A DNA stretch of 64,000 nt, taken from NCBI GenBank assembly GCA_051362555.1, contig CM120641.1, positions 48,056,401 to 48,120,400 on the forward strand, written 5' to 3'. A program made the translations under genes and the position numbers. The stretch is from Lingula anatina. Lineage: Eukaryota; Animalia; Brachiopoda. This document shows positions 49,401 through 62,767 of this stretch, piece after piece. A model generated the notes under the pieces. It had not been told where the DNA came from and searched no databases. It saw only the letters and a program-made list of their open reading frames with translations. How positions within the stretch are numbered: position 1 is the stretch's first letter; each line of letters starts with the position of its first letter.

Positions 49401-52400
49401 TATTTATGTTTCCTTTGACCTACTTATTTTCATTATATGCACTTTGCATATTTGCCCGCCCCCAAATTTTCCACAATCAAGACAGATACAACCATAGCTA
49501 TCATTTTTAAACATTTCACAGTGTGTACCGAGGCCGGCATGGACTGCCGCACTGTATGGGACAAGTACAGTAACTGTTGGGACTCCACCCCGGGACAACC
49601 CTCACACGGCGGCCAGGGTACGTGGGTTTTTTCGTGATTTCTCGTTGACAGTGCCATTTTGTTTTTTTTTTCTCAAATTCTTCAAAGCAAACGTCTTACC
49701 CTCTCAGAAAGCTATGAAAGCGACAAGAGATATTGTTCAACAGTACTTTATCAAAAGTTGGCCTTGAACGAAACCTTTGGTCTAATTTGACAAAACTTAA
49801 TTTAGAGAAACTTCGCCAACTAAACAATATTTCCCTGTTTTACAAAAAAAAAAAACAGATTTTGCTAATATTCATACTTTTGCCTTAATTCGGTGAATAG
49901 CATGAATTTATTCTAATCCAAAATATTATGAAAATTTTAGTTTAAACAAGATAACCTTTGTTGATATTTGAGAATCAAAATTACCTATGTAAATATTGCC
50001 TACCAACATGATTGTAGAGGTTGCCTTCAATCACATTTCAGGATTGATGGGCCGGTGGTACGATGCTTGCACCGGCTGGTATATAACTATAGACAGGATT
50101 CAGGTGTTCAGTTTCTCATCGACATTCACCAAACCCCCGAATAGCTATTTGTATGTCAGGACGGGCAACGCTGCTTCGTTTCCTTCCAGAAATTTAGCAA
50201 ACAAGAAAGTCGGTAAACCATTCTTATTGGTGTGACAAAGCTATAGGCTTGTCTTCGTCATGTTACGCGAGGTAGCAAATACAACTCAGATATTATCTTT
50301 CTTATTATTTATTGAACTACTGTCCAGTTATTACCCGCGCCGCTTCCTTCATTTCTATTCCTACCTCATGCAATCTGTAGCGGCCTTCTCTTTGTTTACA
50401 CTAAGCGCAGTTGTATAAATACCATAAGAGCATGTCAATCAACTTAAGTTACTCTACTAAACACTCCCCGCTCTTATTCACTGCATGCTGTCACTTACTA
50501 ACATTACATTATCTCCCGGGGACGATATGCCTGTCCCCAGGCATATTTAAAATTAAAAATTCACATTAAAATAAATTTGAACACTCCATTTGTCTTTTAC
50601 CATAAATCCATGCAAAACAAAACTAAGTAAATAGATATTTTATAAGAAACTTATGATAAAATAGAAATACGTTGGACATGAAACCCAAAATATAACTCAA
50701 AGGAAGATAGATTGACAACTCTTCAGAAAATATGGTTGTTCGTGGATGTGCATTTACATGTTGTCATGTGTGGCCCAAGAGTACAGATACTTTTAATTGT
50801 TTTCTCTGCGCAGATGTTTAAATCTGTTACTCTCTTATTATGGCTCTGACACATTATCTACGGTTTCTCTCTTTTTCTTGGTTGTCATTTTAGATTTAGT
50901 AGGAATGCACCAAGTGAGACAATCGGGCGGTACCTTCCCTGTCTAATGAGCAGCATTCACCACAACGGTGCGACCAGCGCATCGTTCATGATGAAGTACC
51001 TGTTCATCTTCATATTTGTCCACACTGTAGCGCTCTCTTTTGGTGGCTATAAGAGAAACAATCGTTTTATATCAAACCCAATCCACGATTGAACAATAAC
51101 ATACCGAAAAATAATTAAGTAAGAATCTTCCTTATGGATATCATCAGTTTCACGTCATCATCTTTATAAAAGTTAAGTACACTGTTCCTATACCAATAAC
51201 TGTATAGTTAAATATCAATAACTAATAATTATAAGACCGACAAACTGAACAAAGATGTATTATTAATACTAAAATTTAATATTTAATATTTAATATTCAA
51301 CACACAATACTTAATGTGTCGTTATAACCACATGCAATAACATATAACTCAAAGTTAACTCGTAAAAATTTAAAGTTCATATCCACTCAAATGAAAAGTT
51401 CCATTTGGTATAGTCCGTTGCATCCTCCATTTTGAATTTTAGCACGAAAGTTCAGTTAGCACATAGTGTAAAATCAGTCCTTCTAGACAGTGCATAGCGA
51501 TTGTCATCTGCCACTCATTGTATATGGATAAACGTCTTATTCGCGCACGTTGGCATACGTGTAGATAAATGTTCACAGTTTCCTGTGTATCCACGAATGT
51601 CCATGTCCAGCGTTTACGAATATATCCAAAATGAATGAAGCAGAAATGCATGTCAAGAAAAACTTAACTACGTATATTATAACAATCATCATCAAACTTG
51701 AATACAGTCACATTTAACAGGCAAGATTTTAACTTGCCATAGTATTATCCATCCAAAATATTATGATAACAATAAAACATATATGGAACCATGCTAATAA
51801 TACGATAATTTTTCCAACAATAATACTTATGCTAATAATAAAAATAATAATAACGCAATCTGGCGTCCCAGATGCTAATATTTATCTGGCGTCCCAGATT
51901 TTAGTATTTATATGACGTCATGCGCACACTTTTATACCTCAACTCCACATATTCAGTTATCCATAACCACATTGAAATATGTCACATATGAATCATTTTA
52001 TTCCTCACAATATATCAAATAATATTCACATAAGGTCATTTATCCTTGCAACATTTATACTCATTAACTCATTTGTTCCACTCGATCTTTTGATTGCCAA
52101 TATAACCACATTATCAACTGACAAGATCATTTTAAAAAGATCGTCGAAATGCCAGTGATTAGGACTTTAATTAAGGCAATTTGTCGAGAAAGTTCAAACT
52201 ATTCTCCAATTTTAATCTTCGCAACCCGAAAACATAATTCTATTGAAGGGACTTCCAATAAGGTAGATTAATCATAATCTTAATGTTTGCTTGTCACCTC
52301 CAAAGGTGCATGTGCACTTTCGACGATGTTTGACATTGCAAGGGGGTAGTGGGCGAAACAGAAGGGGTATTCTTATGAAAAGAATTATGATTCATCATCT

Positions 52401-55400
52401 GAAATTACGCAGACTGTAAGTCCAGGAGCCCTAAACCAAAACAAAGTGCAATAATAATTAGTATTGCCTGAAATTAAGGTGAATGCCATTTAAGTGTTAT
52501 ATCCTGTAAAAGAAAATTTAAAAAGGCGAACAACGAAAAATTCATTCGCTGCCTGGCTAACCTGGAAAAATAAACTATTTTATCAATATTGATTAGTGCA
52601 ACATTTTTGTTCAAGTCAACAACACAATATTTCCAAATGCAGTTTTCCGTCTTGTCACGAATTTTCAACAGTGAAGTGAGATATCTTAGCTGTTGGCATC
52701 TCTTCAAACATTCCGCAACCTGTAAAATTCTTAAGGTCAATAGATGCATAAAATGTAGACGGAAATGAATTTACTTAATAAACATAAGACGTATCAAAAG
52801 ATGGATAATGTTTACATTTATCTAAATTAGCAGGTATCGGAAAATATAAGACATACAAAATATATTCACCAAACAAATTTTATAACGAGTCTACAACCAA
52901 TTCAAATTATTTCTTTAATCAATACTCACACTTACTTACGTGAATCTTTTACGGATTCCGAGGGAAAATGAGGGACAACCATATCGCCGTTGAACTCCTA
53001 ATAGTATTGTCCTAGAAAAGACTTAGCGTACATGTTTAAAAAACAAACGTCAATGGCATTGACATTGAAGAGCATCTTTTCATATTTTCCATAAAAAGTT
53101 TAATGACATCACTTTAAGATAGTCTCTTTATAAATATCTTAATTCTATCCAATTAGAATTCAACTTCGTCACGTTTGCTACTCCCATCTTGCTGTTAGTT
53201 TTAAACAGGCGTGTTCTATTACATTGACACGCAACTTAATATATTTTCTTCTTTTCCTTTACTCTTATATTATTCCCTTTAATGTCGCCTCGTTTAGTTT
53301 TTAATTGGATCCCTAATATTCCAACCAAAAGGGAATCCATTTCCACTAAATAAGAGACTGTGCTTCAACTTTTATCTGACGCGACCTCGTAAGGCTTCTA
53401 CTTTAAATAATTCATCAGTGGTCTGGGACAAATTCGCTTGTCCTGCAGTCTCATTTTCTCGTTTTTCTTCATTTTTCTATTTTTTTCCTTACTCTCTTTG
53501 TTTATGGGCAAAGTTAGCAACGAAGCCCTGGAGTTATTTTGAAGGAACTTTCCTTGTCAAACATTCAACACAAGAACGAACATAATGACATCTGTAAATG
53601 ACCTTTTCTAAAAAGTACACCGTGTGCGTAATGGTAACTACGTGTTTTGAATAACCTTATGACCGATTGCATTATCGTTGTGTAAACTAGACAAAACTTT
53701 GTACTCTAACTTGTCTGAAAAACAAGTTGCAAAGAACCTCCTGGGTGGGGTGATTTTCTGCCATCAATTATCACGTTATCTCCTATCTCTATCAACAAGA
53801 AGCCAAGCGCCTCTGCAACTAAGTAGAAGTTCGTCTGATGTCAAGTGTGTGATAATTGACGCAAGGTTCTTATCTTTACGTTGGACTTTTTAAAACAATT
53901 CCTCTTTAAAACAAATGCCTCGCAATCTTGACATTTTGACAACGTCATATTTTTGTCACCTTTCTCTAAATGTTAAAAGCATTCCAGACCTTTAAATTCG
54001 TTGCCACTCTGTTTTAAATTAACGTAAAGTACTTGTGCCGAGATAGTGTCTAACATATGTATTCTGTTCAAACATGCATCATTAAAAAAACTGTGCAGGG
54101 TCATTATATTTTCTAAGTCTTATTCTTCAACGTTTCCCTCGTGGTAAGGGCGGCGGCTAATCGCGTCTGCATTCGCGAGGTGTTTGCCTTTACTCTGCTT
54201 AATTGACATCTGTTAGGGGATAAATTCAATAATCAATAATTCATTACTTCTAGAAATTCGATTACATTCAAATGGGCATGGAATTCTGGCACTGCCTTAC
54301 ACTTAATCAACGCGAAACTACATGTATGTACCCTTAATACCTGACCTCTTCTCGCGCAATGAAACTATTCAGATAATGCTAAGTTTGCATTTCTCAGCCC
54401 TCGTATAACTATGTTTACCTCACTAAGGCAATGTTTGAAATTGTGGCTGTCTACCATAAATTCATCGAAATATCGCAAGAAGCATTTTCCAAAATAACCG
54501 TTTAAAGCAATTGTCTTACCTTCCATTTTATGTTTGTCCAATTCCAATCTCCCATCTAGATACTTTGTGTTCGCCTACGTATTTTCGTCCGGTTATCGTT
54601 CTCTCTCTTTTCGACAAGACTCATGATGTCAAACATCTATGTTTATATTTTGCATCCTCCACCATTTTGTGACGAAGCTATAGGCTTGTCTTCGTCATGT
54701 TACGCGAGGTAGCAAATACAACTCAGATATTATCTTTCTTATTATTTATTGAACTACTGTCCAGTTATTACCCGCGCCGCTTCCTTCATTTCTATTCCTA
54801 CCTCATGCAATCTGTAGCGGCCTTCTCTTTGTTTACACTAAGCGCAGTTGTATAAATACCATAAGAGCATGTCAATCAACTTAAGTTACTCTACTAAACA
54901 CTCCCCGCTCTTATTCACTGCATGCTGTCACTTACTAACATTACATTGGCAATGGCTTACTATATATGTGTGATAATGATAACTGAATAAAACAGAAACT
55001 TAGACGGAAAAAATTGTGTCCATGATATTGTCAGTTTCTCATAAAAGGATTCCATTTGCAAGGAGTGTTAATCATAATGGTTTTTTCCAAACAACAGAAA
55101 CTATACTCAGTATATTCAGGCAGTTGTTTTTGGTCTTGTTAGTTTCCCACCAAGAATTCCATCAGTACTTAGTGTTATACAGAATGGTTACCTCACGCAG
55201 CTAAACTCGCTTAATTCAGGATGATGCTTCTAATGCACCTGTTCTATTATTTCCTGTTATAAGAAACTGACTTACAGGAATGGTTGTTTGAAGAAACAAT
55301 TATTGCAGCTTGGCTAGATTTATCTTTGAATACGTCCTTGTAGCAGAGTCAATGTCATACAGATAGTGTACATGTATAACGTACGTCACCCATTAAGGTG

Positions 55401-58056
55401 CGCATCATGCTAAAACACTGAATGGACTTGAATTACACGCAGTGGACAATAGAAGTGTCACCCCTACTGAACCAATACTATGGGGGAGATACATGACTGT
55501 GGAATGATATGCTCCTGGTATCATTTTATTAACATCAAACATCACAAAAAAAAACAGGTCCATGGTACAGCGGTTTCATACTCATTAGTCACATTATAAG
55601 TAGACCAGGGCTCCGCATCTCGAAAGGTTCGCTATATTGCGCACGTGCGCAAGTGTGCAAGTGTCTCGATTCCATAACCGATTCTATTTCGAGATACGGG
55701 GCCATGGAATCGAGACGCTTGTGCACGTGCGCAACATAGCGAACCTTTCGATATACGGAGCTCAGGCATTAAAACTACTCAAGATCTGCCTACTTTGATT
55801 ACTCCGATTCAGGGGGCGACACTTCTATTGACAATTGTGTGTAGAAGATAAATCTATAGGGGCATATGTTGGATTTTTAAAGGTTTAGGAGATGGATGGT
55901 CTAGTGACGAAAGGTGTCTAGCCAGATGGACTGACGTCAAGGGTCAGGACAGCATGACCATCGTCCACCTTCAGAACCCTGGGGATGTCGTGACCAAGTT
56001 GAAAAGTGGCGAAGTAAGATATTTAACATGTTCATTTTTGAACTTAGAATGTAGTTATGTAGATATAATTAAGGTTCAGATATTGACTTCGTGCTAGGGT
56101 AGTAGTAGTACTAGTATATTGGATACCAGTAGTATTAGAAGTATTCATTAAAACTGTAAAGTTCCATTTTAGTTTTAAAAAGTATTGTGTGTTTTTTATT
56201 TAGTCTAAACAATGAGTACATATATTATTCTTATCCTTGATATCTTAATTTTTTTATTTCTAGGTGTTTCCCGAGCGAATCAATGCCATGGGGGCTCTTT
56301 AGTGGTTATGTGGCTTATATGGGTGCATTTCAAAAATTATGGGTAGGGGTAGGAAATTAAACACAATTTGTAATTTTAAAAAATATATAGCAATATAGCA
56401 GTTGTTTATGCACTGCTGTGTAGCTGAAGGGTTGTTCTAAACATATAACTAATAAAATTTATGTAACAATAAATGTTGTAAAAGTTAAATGGGTCAAGGT
56501 CAAATGAGGTCAGTTTTGAAGAATTTTATGAATGCAAACTAATACAGTTTTTTTTAATCAGAAAAGTGAGTCGAGAATATGATTTTTGGATATTTATGAT
56601 TAAAATTATTTTTATTACAAACACATAATGGAGTTTTGACAGTTTATTTTGCAGTTAGTTTGTGATATTAATGAATGATACAATGTACAAGTACTGTACT
56701 AATAGAGGGGAGCTTAGTTTGATTGCTGAAAAATGGGGGTAGGGGAGGGGAATCATTAATAAAATAGGATCTAATTAAGATATACCATTAATTTATATAT
56801 CATTGCGCTGTAGGGGCGCTAATTTCCAAAAAAATGCCTCAAATTTGACCTCATTTTACCTTTGGCCCCATTTAACTAAAACATGTTTCACTGCCATTGT
56901 GCAGAGTAACACTTCAGCTATACAACGGTTATAGATCATTGTTATATCTTATTTGAATAACAAATTATGAATGATTTCCTTCCAGAATCCCAATTTATAA
57001 AAGCGACCATTTGAGCCACAGGGTGTTTCACGACATTAAAATGAAGCCCCACTGCGACATATTTCTCAGCATTGTCCTCACCAAAATATCAGGCCTGCTG
57101 CAAATTTGCAGCGAATTTGCAGCAACATTGCTGCAAACTGCAATTCCTTCTTGCAAATTGAGCAGCAATATTTTTTTCTTGCTAATTCCTGCAAACTCAT
57201 TACTGCAAACTTTTAGTTTTTAGTTTGCAGCAACATTGCTGCAGTATTGCTGCAAACTTTTCATTTTGATTATATACTACACCTAGAAATGAAAAATTTA
57301 GACATCAAGGGTTAGGAAAATATGTGTTCCTTTTGTTTGTCACGGGGTTGCACGTGGACCCCTTGATTCTACCAGACATATTATAAACTTTCCAATATGT
57401 ACATGTACAACACTTGTCGCATACAGATAGACGTAGCGTTTGCAAATGCCCAAGGCATGGTGGGGTATGTATCAAGAACCAACCCTGAGATTGAAAAAGT
57501 CCCCGGGAGCGGATTTTCTTGCGTTCTGGCGGGGGCCGGTATGATGACACGGAAAGACAACGATTTCATTTCAAAGTGGAACGCAGGGTTCAGCAAACTC
57601 ATCTCCAGCGGGAAGTTTAAGAAATTATGCGACGCTGCGGCCGCAAAACACGGTGAGTCATGAGCTATGTAAATATCTTAATATGAAATATTCTTTTTCA
57701 GGCTTGGTCCTCGTTACTCTTTCCTTCCTTATCAGCAATTAAAGACCAAAGGCCAGATGCACTGATCTATTGTTTCCTAAAGATAATAATCATAATTGTC
57801 AGTCGGCATTGAGTGGTCTCATATTGTCATATTTCATATTTTCTCAAATTTTGTTAAGAATGAGTATGAATATAATGAATTAAGTTATTATTGGCAAATG
57901 GCTGCTATGACATTTTAGACAGGGGAAAGCAATTAATTGCAATATTAGCAGCTTGTCAAAACACTGTACCTTGAGTGTTTATCATCATTTTATTAAATCA
58001 AAGTTATAAAATGTCTTCTAGGTTCTCGTGGTGACTTGGACTGTGTGGACAGCTAA
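46411..58056 (+). CDS. Membrane-anchored SBP3-like protein, copy 3
   Basis: Exons 46411-46432, 47818-48073, 49069-49118, 49522-49617, 50042-50212, 55883-56013, 57427-57652, 58022-58056; same exon structure and phases as copy 1, reading frame open. Confidence 0.85.
50231..54945 (-). mobile_element. Non-autonomous LTR retrotransposon (Gypsy-like/LARD) in intron 5 of SBP copy 3
   Basis: 278-bp LTRs at 50231-50508 and 54668-54945 (TGT...ACA, one mismatch seen); TTGG TSD, single at the empty site in copy 2 (about 41820). Minus-strand PBS TGGTGGAGGATGC (54652-54664) and purine tract GGGAGATAA (50509-50517). No ORF above ~91 aa inside. Confidence 0.95.
55436..55841. mobile_element. TA-targeting MITE with a nested ~155-bp palindrome (55609-55762)
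   Basis: TIR CACGCAGTGGACAATAGAAGTGTCACCCC / GGGGCGACACTTCTATTGACAATTGTGTG, TA on both sides; absent in copy 2 (about 42310). Confidence 0.8.
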
Positions 58057-58926
58057 CAATGTCATGAAGATAGATCTATAAAGGGGCGGAAAGCAGACGA
58101 GAAGAGAAATTACAATGTTCAAAACAGATGAGGCAGAACCCAAGCACCACTAACAAACTAAACCTGTCAAAAAAGTTATTTTCTACTTGTTTATTGCGTT
58201 TTTCACAGAGAAAGCGGTCTCATGTTTGGGCGGGTAGTGATTGAAAATATGTTCAATATGTATCACCGTCATCATTGTGGTCACGTAAAGTAACCCTTCG
58301 TGAAATAAGAAATCATTGACAAAACGTCAGGATCTTTCTATTCTCACCTGACGCAATATAACTGGAACTCATTTCCTATTACCAAAGAACGTAGCTTTAG
58401 AGGAACTTGATCAGACAATGAATGTACTCTAAAACCTCACTGGCTGCTCAATCCAAAAAATTAATCATGCCAGAGAGCCGTTAACGTATTTACTACTATA
58501 ACTGAAAGGCAAAATACCCATCAATAACAAGTCCTCATGTCTTATGTAATTGTCTACGTATTTTGTTTCAACATTTATGTGGAACTAGACGTGTCAAGAT
58601 CCTGTAAAATGTAACTAAAAAATTCAGTCCCCAAAAGATTATTATTATTACTATTATTAGTATTATTATTGGCCCTGTCTGGAGCTTTAGGATAGTCGCC
58701 CAGTGAGCCGTTCTATTGTGTCTAAAATAAGAATGGATTATTCCACAAAGTGGACGTTTTGTGTATTGTTGCATAATTTTGACGTGTTTCACTATTTTCA
58801 GTTACTTACTGCTGTATTTTCAACGAATCCCTCTTCTGTATCCCACTTACTTGTTATTCATCCTCTCTCCGATTCTAAAAACAGCATTTCTACCCTGGCG
58901 ATTTTTGAAAAAAATATGTAAAATTA

Positions 58927-59761
58927 AATCTCGGTCACAACCGGACGCACGAATTTAAGGATCGTACGGCCCCTGCGAGTTTTGGGTGCAGTGGAGGCCG
59001 GGGAGTGCGTAGAGGTAGAGGAGAGTTTGCAATGGAAAGGCGCAAGTCTGCCTTGAGAGTCGCAGGGTCCACGTGAGAAGCAGGGACGCTAATTGCAAGG
59101 TGTGATGTACTCATTTCTTGAGTTTGTCTTGCTACAAGCGACGTTATTTGTCGAGACACGAGCGTGCATCATGAGCACGCCTCACTCCTGACGCACTTCC
59201 GTCGTGCTTTCGACTTTGTTCGTTAGCTGTGAGGGCGTGCGTCGTACTCAACACGCAAAGGACACTTACTCCTTCATTGTTTACGACGTGCGTCTTGGAC
59301 CACGCACGACTGAAGCATAGGCCCCATCTGAACGTACGGGCTGCTACGTGTGGTCTACGGCCAAAAAAATGGGGAAAACGTGGGAGTTCGTGCGTGAGGA
59401 AGACGCAAACAGCACGTAGAAACTTTTCGACAGGATCAACAGCCGCTGCATGCGATCTAGCTACGTCCTAGCTGGACGAAAGGAACCTAAAAACCGTGCG
59501 TCCAAAACGTAGTTGGGACCTAGGCTTTACTTGCATAATTCTAAATGCTAGTGGAGCAAGTTACGTTTGTGGCCTCGCTGTTCACAGATTATTCGTAGAA
59601 TCTTTTCGACATGTCCAACATCCTCCGTACGTGCTCACGGGCTGTCTGCGAATTCCAAATTTCGCAAGAAGGACTTGCGCGGCATGTGAGATTCTGCGCA
59701 AAATTTGGATGCAAGCAGGCCTTAAGAGCCCGTACGGCCGGTTTAGTTGTGACCGAGGCTT
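58927..59761. mobile_element. PIF/Harbinger-like non-autonomous element
   Basis: CTCGGTCACAAC / GTTGTGACCGAG termini with TTA/TAA flanks; CpG-rich interior full of CGTAC/GCACG motifs. Confidence 0.7.
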
Positions 59762-60656
59762 TATGGGTCTTAAAAGATATGAAAAGAACGCGTGGACAAT
59801 GAAGCACGCTTTCGAGAGGAATCGTCCCTTATAACATTGCGTTACAAGCTGACAAGGGTATTTTGCCAAAATGACCTTAATTTGACAGAAATATACAAAA
59901 ATTAAAATAGAATTATGCCCTAGCGACTTCAATCAAATATGGATATGAATCTTTATTAATTTAACATAAGAATTAATGGGAATTATATTAACAAAATGAA
60001 TTGAATGTTACAAAAAATTTATGACTTGGCCACCCATTTTGCTTTTAATGAAGGTTATATTTATACTTTTTAAAATCAGCTAGCCAAGGTCAATGCCGAC
60101 CCCTGCGACGTCATTATTTGGAGGACTCATTAGGGAAGAGAAAGGGAATAGTTTTGAGGACATATACTTTGGGATAATGATCACCAATAAGCTGGCATGC
60201 GTTATCCGGGATTCCAACTCGTGACATTTCGTGGTGATTGCTTTGAATTTTTTAACAACCGTGCAAAACCACAGTCGGCTCTGTTAGAGATACCAAACCT
60301 CCATATGTAGTGATCAAACGAAATTTTTAATGTAATTGCCCTAAGCAAAAATTTGCGAAAATGTTATTTTGGATAAATAAGTTTAGTGGCAATCGAAAGC
60401 CCTGCGCAACGCCAGTCCCCAAACGTGGTCTTATCATCAAGGTTGAGTTTCATGATGTACACGAGGCTTTGCTTGAGAAGCTTTCGTGGAATTGACCTAA
60501 ATAGTGGTTTAAATGTGTTTAAATGTGTTCTGAAATCTCACTATTTTAATTGTATGTACGTTTCCATCAACACATACCACCACAAATGCAAAAGTTACGA
60601 TATTCACTCAGTCATCCTCAAGAACATATTGATTGGTGACGCATAAAACAAGCTTA

Positions 60657-62767
60657 AGCCTGGGTCACACTGCGCTTGCAACCTTTTGGCAACCTCTTTG
60701 CAACCTCAGTCGCAAAGAGGTTGCCATAGGTTTTAAAGTGGTCGCATAAGGTTGCTAACAGGCCGCCTGCGATCGTTGACACATGAAGGCCATTTTTTGT
60801 GCACCGGCAACCAGTGCGACTAAAGATGAAAATTGTTGGTATCCTAAAGGTAGCCTATCGGTCTCTTCTTGGTTGTCAGTAGGTTGCTATAACCAGTAGC
60901 ATACCATTTGCAACTGCACGGTCGATTGACCGTATTTAGTCGACTGGTCGCTTACAAGTTTTTTACCAGTCGCAAGTAGTCGGCAGCAGGTCGCTAGAAG
61001 GTTGCAGTTGTAACTGCATGGTCGATTGACGGTCTTTAGTATCTTGGTCGCTAACAGGTTTTTTACCGATCGCAGGCGTTCGAAGATATGTTGCAGGAAG
61101 GTTGCAAGCGACTGCAATAAAATAGGCGTAGGATGGTGGTTTATTTGGGCAAAGACTTTTCATAATTTGTTATGTAAGCCTTCTAAATATCAAGGTCGTA
61201 AATTATAATATTTTAGAGAAAGAAAACATAAATTACATTTGTTGGCAATATTTTATACCAATTGCCAAGGCTTTCATATACCAGGCATTTCACACTTACG
61301 AAACCAAAAAAAAATGTGATGATAAAAGCAATGTAAGATTTTTTGACGCTACGTTTATTTATTTTACCATTTTGCGAAAATCATAGGTAAAATGCCGAGA
61401 ACCTCAATTATATACGCTGTATGTTATTTAAAATTTGCAAAGCCATATTATCAGAGTAAACAATGAAACAAATACACGAATGCAGAGAAAACGGAAAATA
61501 AAAGCAATTTAATCAGCAAGGTATAGCTGCTATTTAATATCATAATTTCAACAATCAAAATTATCCACAAAATAATTGAATAAATCGTAAAGTGTGTCCA
61601 ATAGACTTAAATAAAAATAGTTTCAACACAAACAATTTAACATCTTCCCAGTGCTTGGTACCCTCACTACAAGGATGAGAGTGTAAAAAGTACACGATGC
61701 GCATGACTTGTCACGATTTAATTACGTTGTATTGTAAGAGGCAAACGCCTAGGGTTAAAAAGACAAAGGGAAAACCACACATTCGGTTGCAAAGCGGTTG
61801 CAAAGCAGTCAGAGACCTGATAGCAAGCGGCTGGATACCACAAGTAGGTTTTTCGGTCGCCAGGAGGTTATCGGTGCTGCACCGAAAATCGGCGCAACCG
61901 GATATTAACCCAGCGTTCATTTGGAAACCACTTTGCGAGTTGTTGCAACCGGTCGCCGACCTTTTTGCAACCGGTGACAGTTGCAAGTCGCAAAGAGGTT
62001 TTTTGTTCAGTGTGACCGTAACTGCACAGGCCTTGCGACCTCAAAGAGACCAAGTATTTGAACAAGAAAATATTAAAGAGTATTATGAGATTAACAAGGA
62101 TTAAAACGTATGCAAGTTTATGTTTTTATTGCAGCACTGGTTTCGTTAGGTGAGAGTGTAGTCTTTTCAAAAGTTCACAAAACATTGTTGGTTCTATTTT
62201 TAGGAAGGAAATGAAAACTTCCTGATTTCCAAGTCGAAGTTCTTTCATCAAATGTTTGTAATCGCCTTACAAGGGGCGTCTTGCAATCCACGGGTTCACC
62301 CAGTATTTTCGAGTTTTTTTACTCGTTTTACTTCTTAGGTAAACAAAGTCAATGATTTATGAAGAGGAGTCGTTTTACTAGAAAATTTTTGTCTTTTGAG
62401 TGGGGAATTTATGGGAAAGCAGCTACTGTCACAAGTTGGCAACATATATATCCTGTGCGACCTTGCTGCTACCAGTTGACAAGCGATTGCTACAGTCCTG
62501 CAACCGGTTTTCGGTCACCAAGTGGTTGCAGACAGGTTGTGTATCGCTCGGCAAACAGTGTGCGCCTGGTAACCTATAACTTGAAGATGGTCTATAAGAG
62601 GTTGCAGATACCATACTGCAACCTTGTTGCAACCGGTTTGCGACTGCTTGCCGATCAAAATTGGCCACAGCTTCTTAATTAGCTTGCAAAGTGATCGCAA
62701 GCGACCGCCAGATTTTGTGGTTGCAAAAAGGTTGCAAAAAGGTCGCAAGCGCAGTGTGACCTGGCCT
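60657..62767. mobile_element. 2.1-kb PIF/Harbinger-like non-autonomous element with subterminal motif arrays
   Basis: TIR GGTCACACTGCGCTTGCAACCTTTT / AAAAGGTCGCAAGCGCAGTGTGACC, TTA flanks; dozens of GCAACC/GCGACC motifs near the ends; no transposase ORF. Confidence 0.85.

Noticed and set aside
25112-58056. Bacterial contamination or an ionotropic glutamate receptor as the explanation for the SBP genes
   Set aside because: Each copy has seven spliceosomal introns and is embedded among animal genes and transposons. The binding domain is uninterrupted, with no M1-M4 helices or SYTANLAAF motif before the stop.
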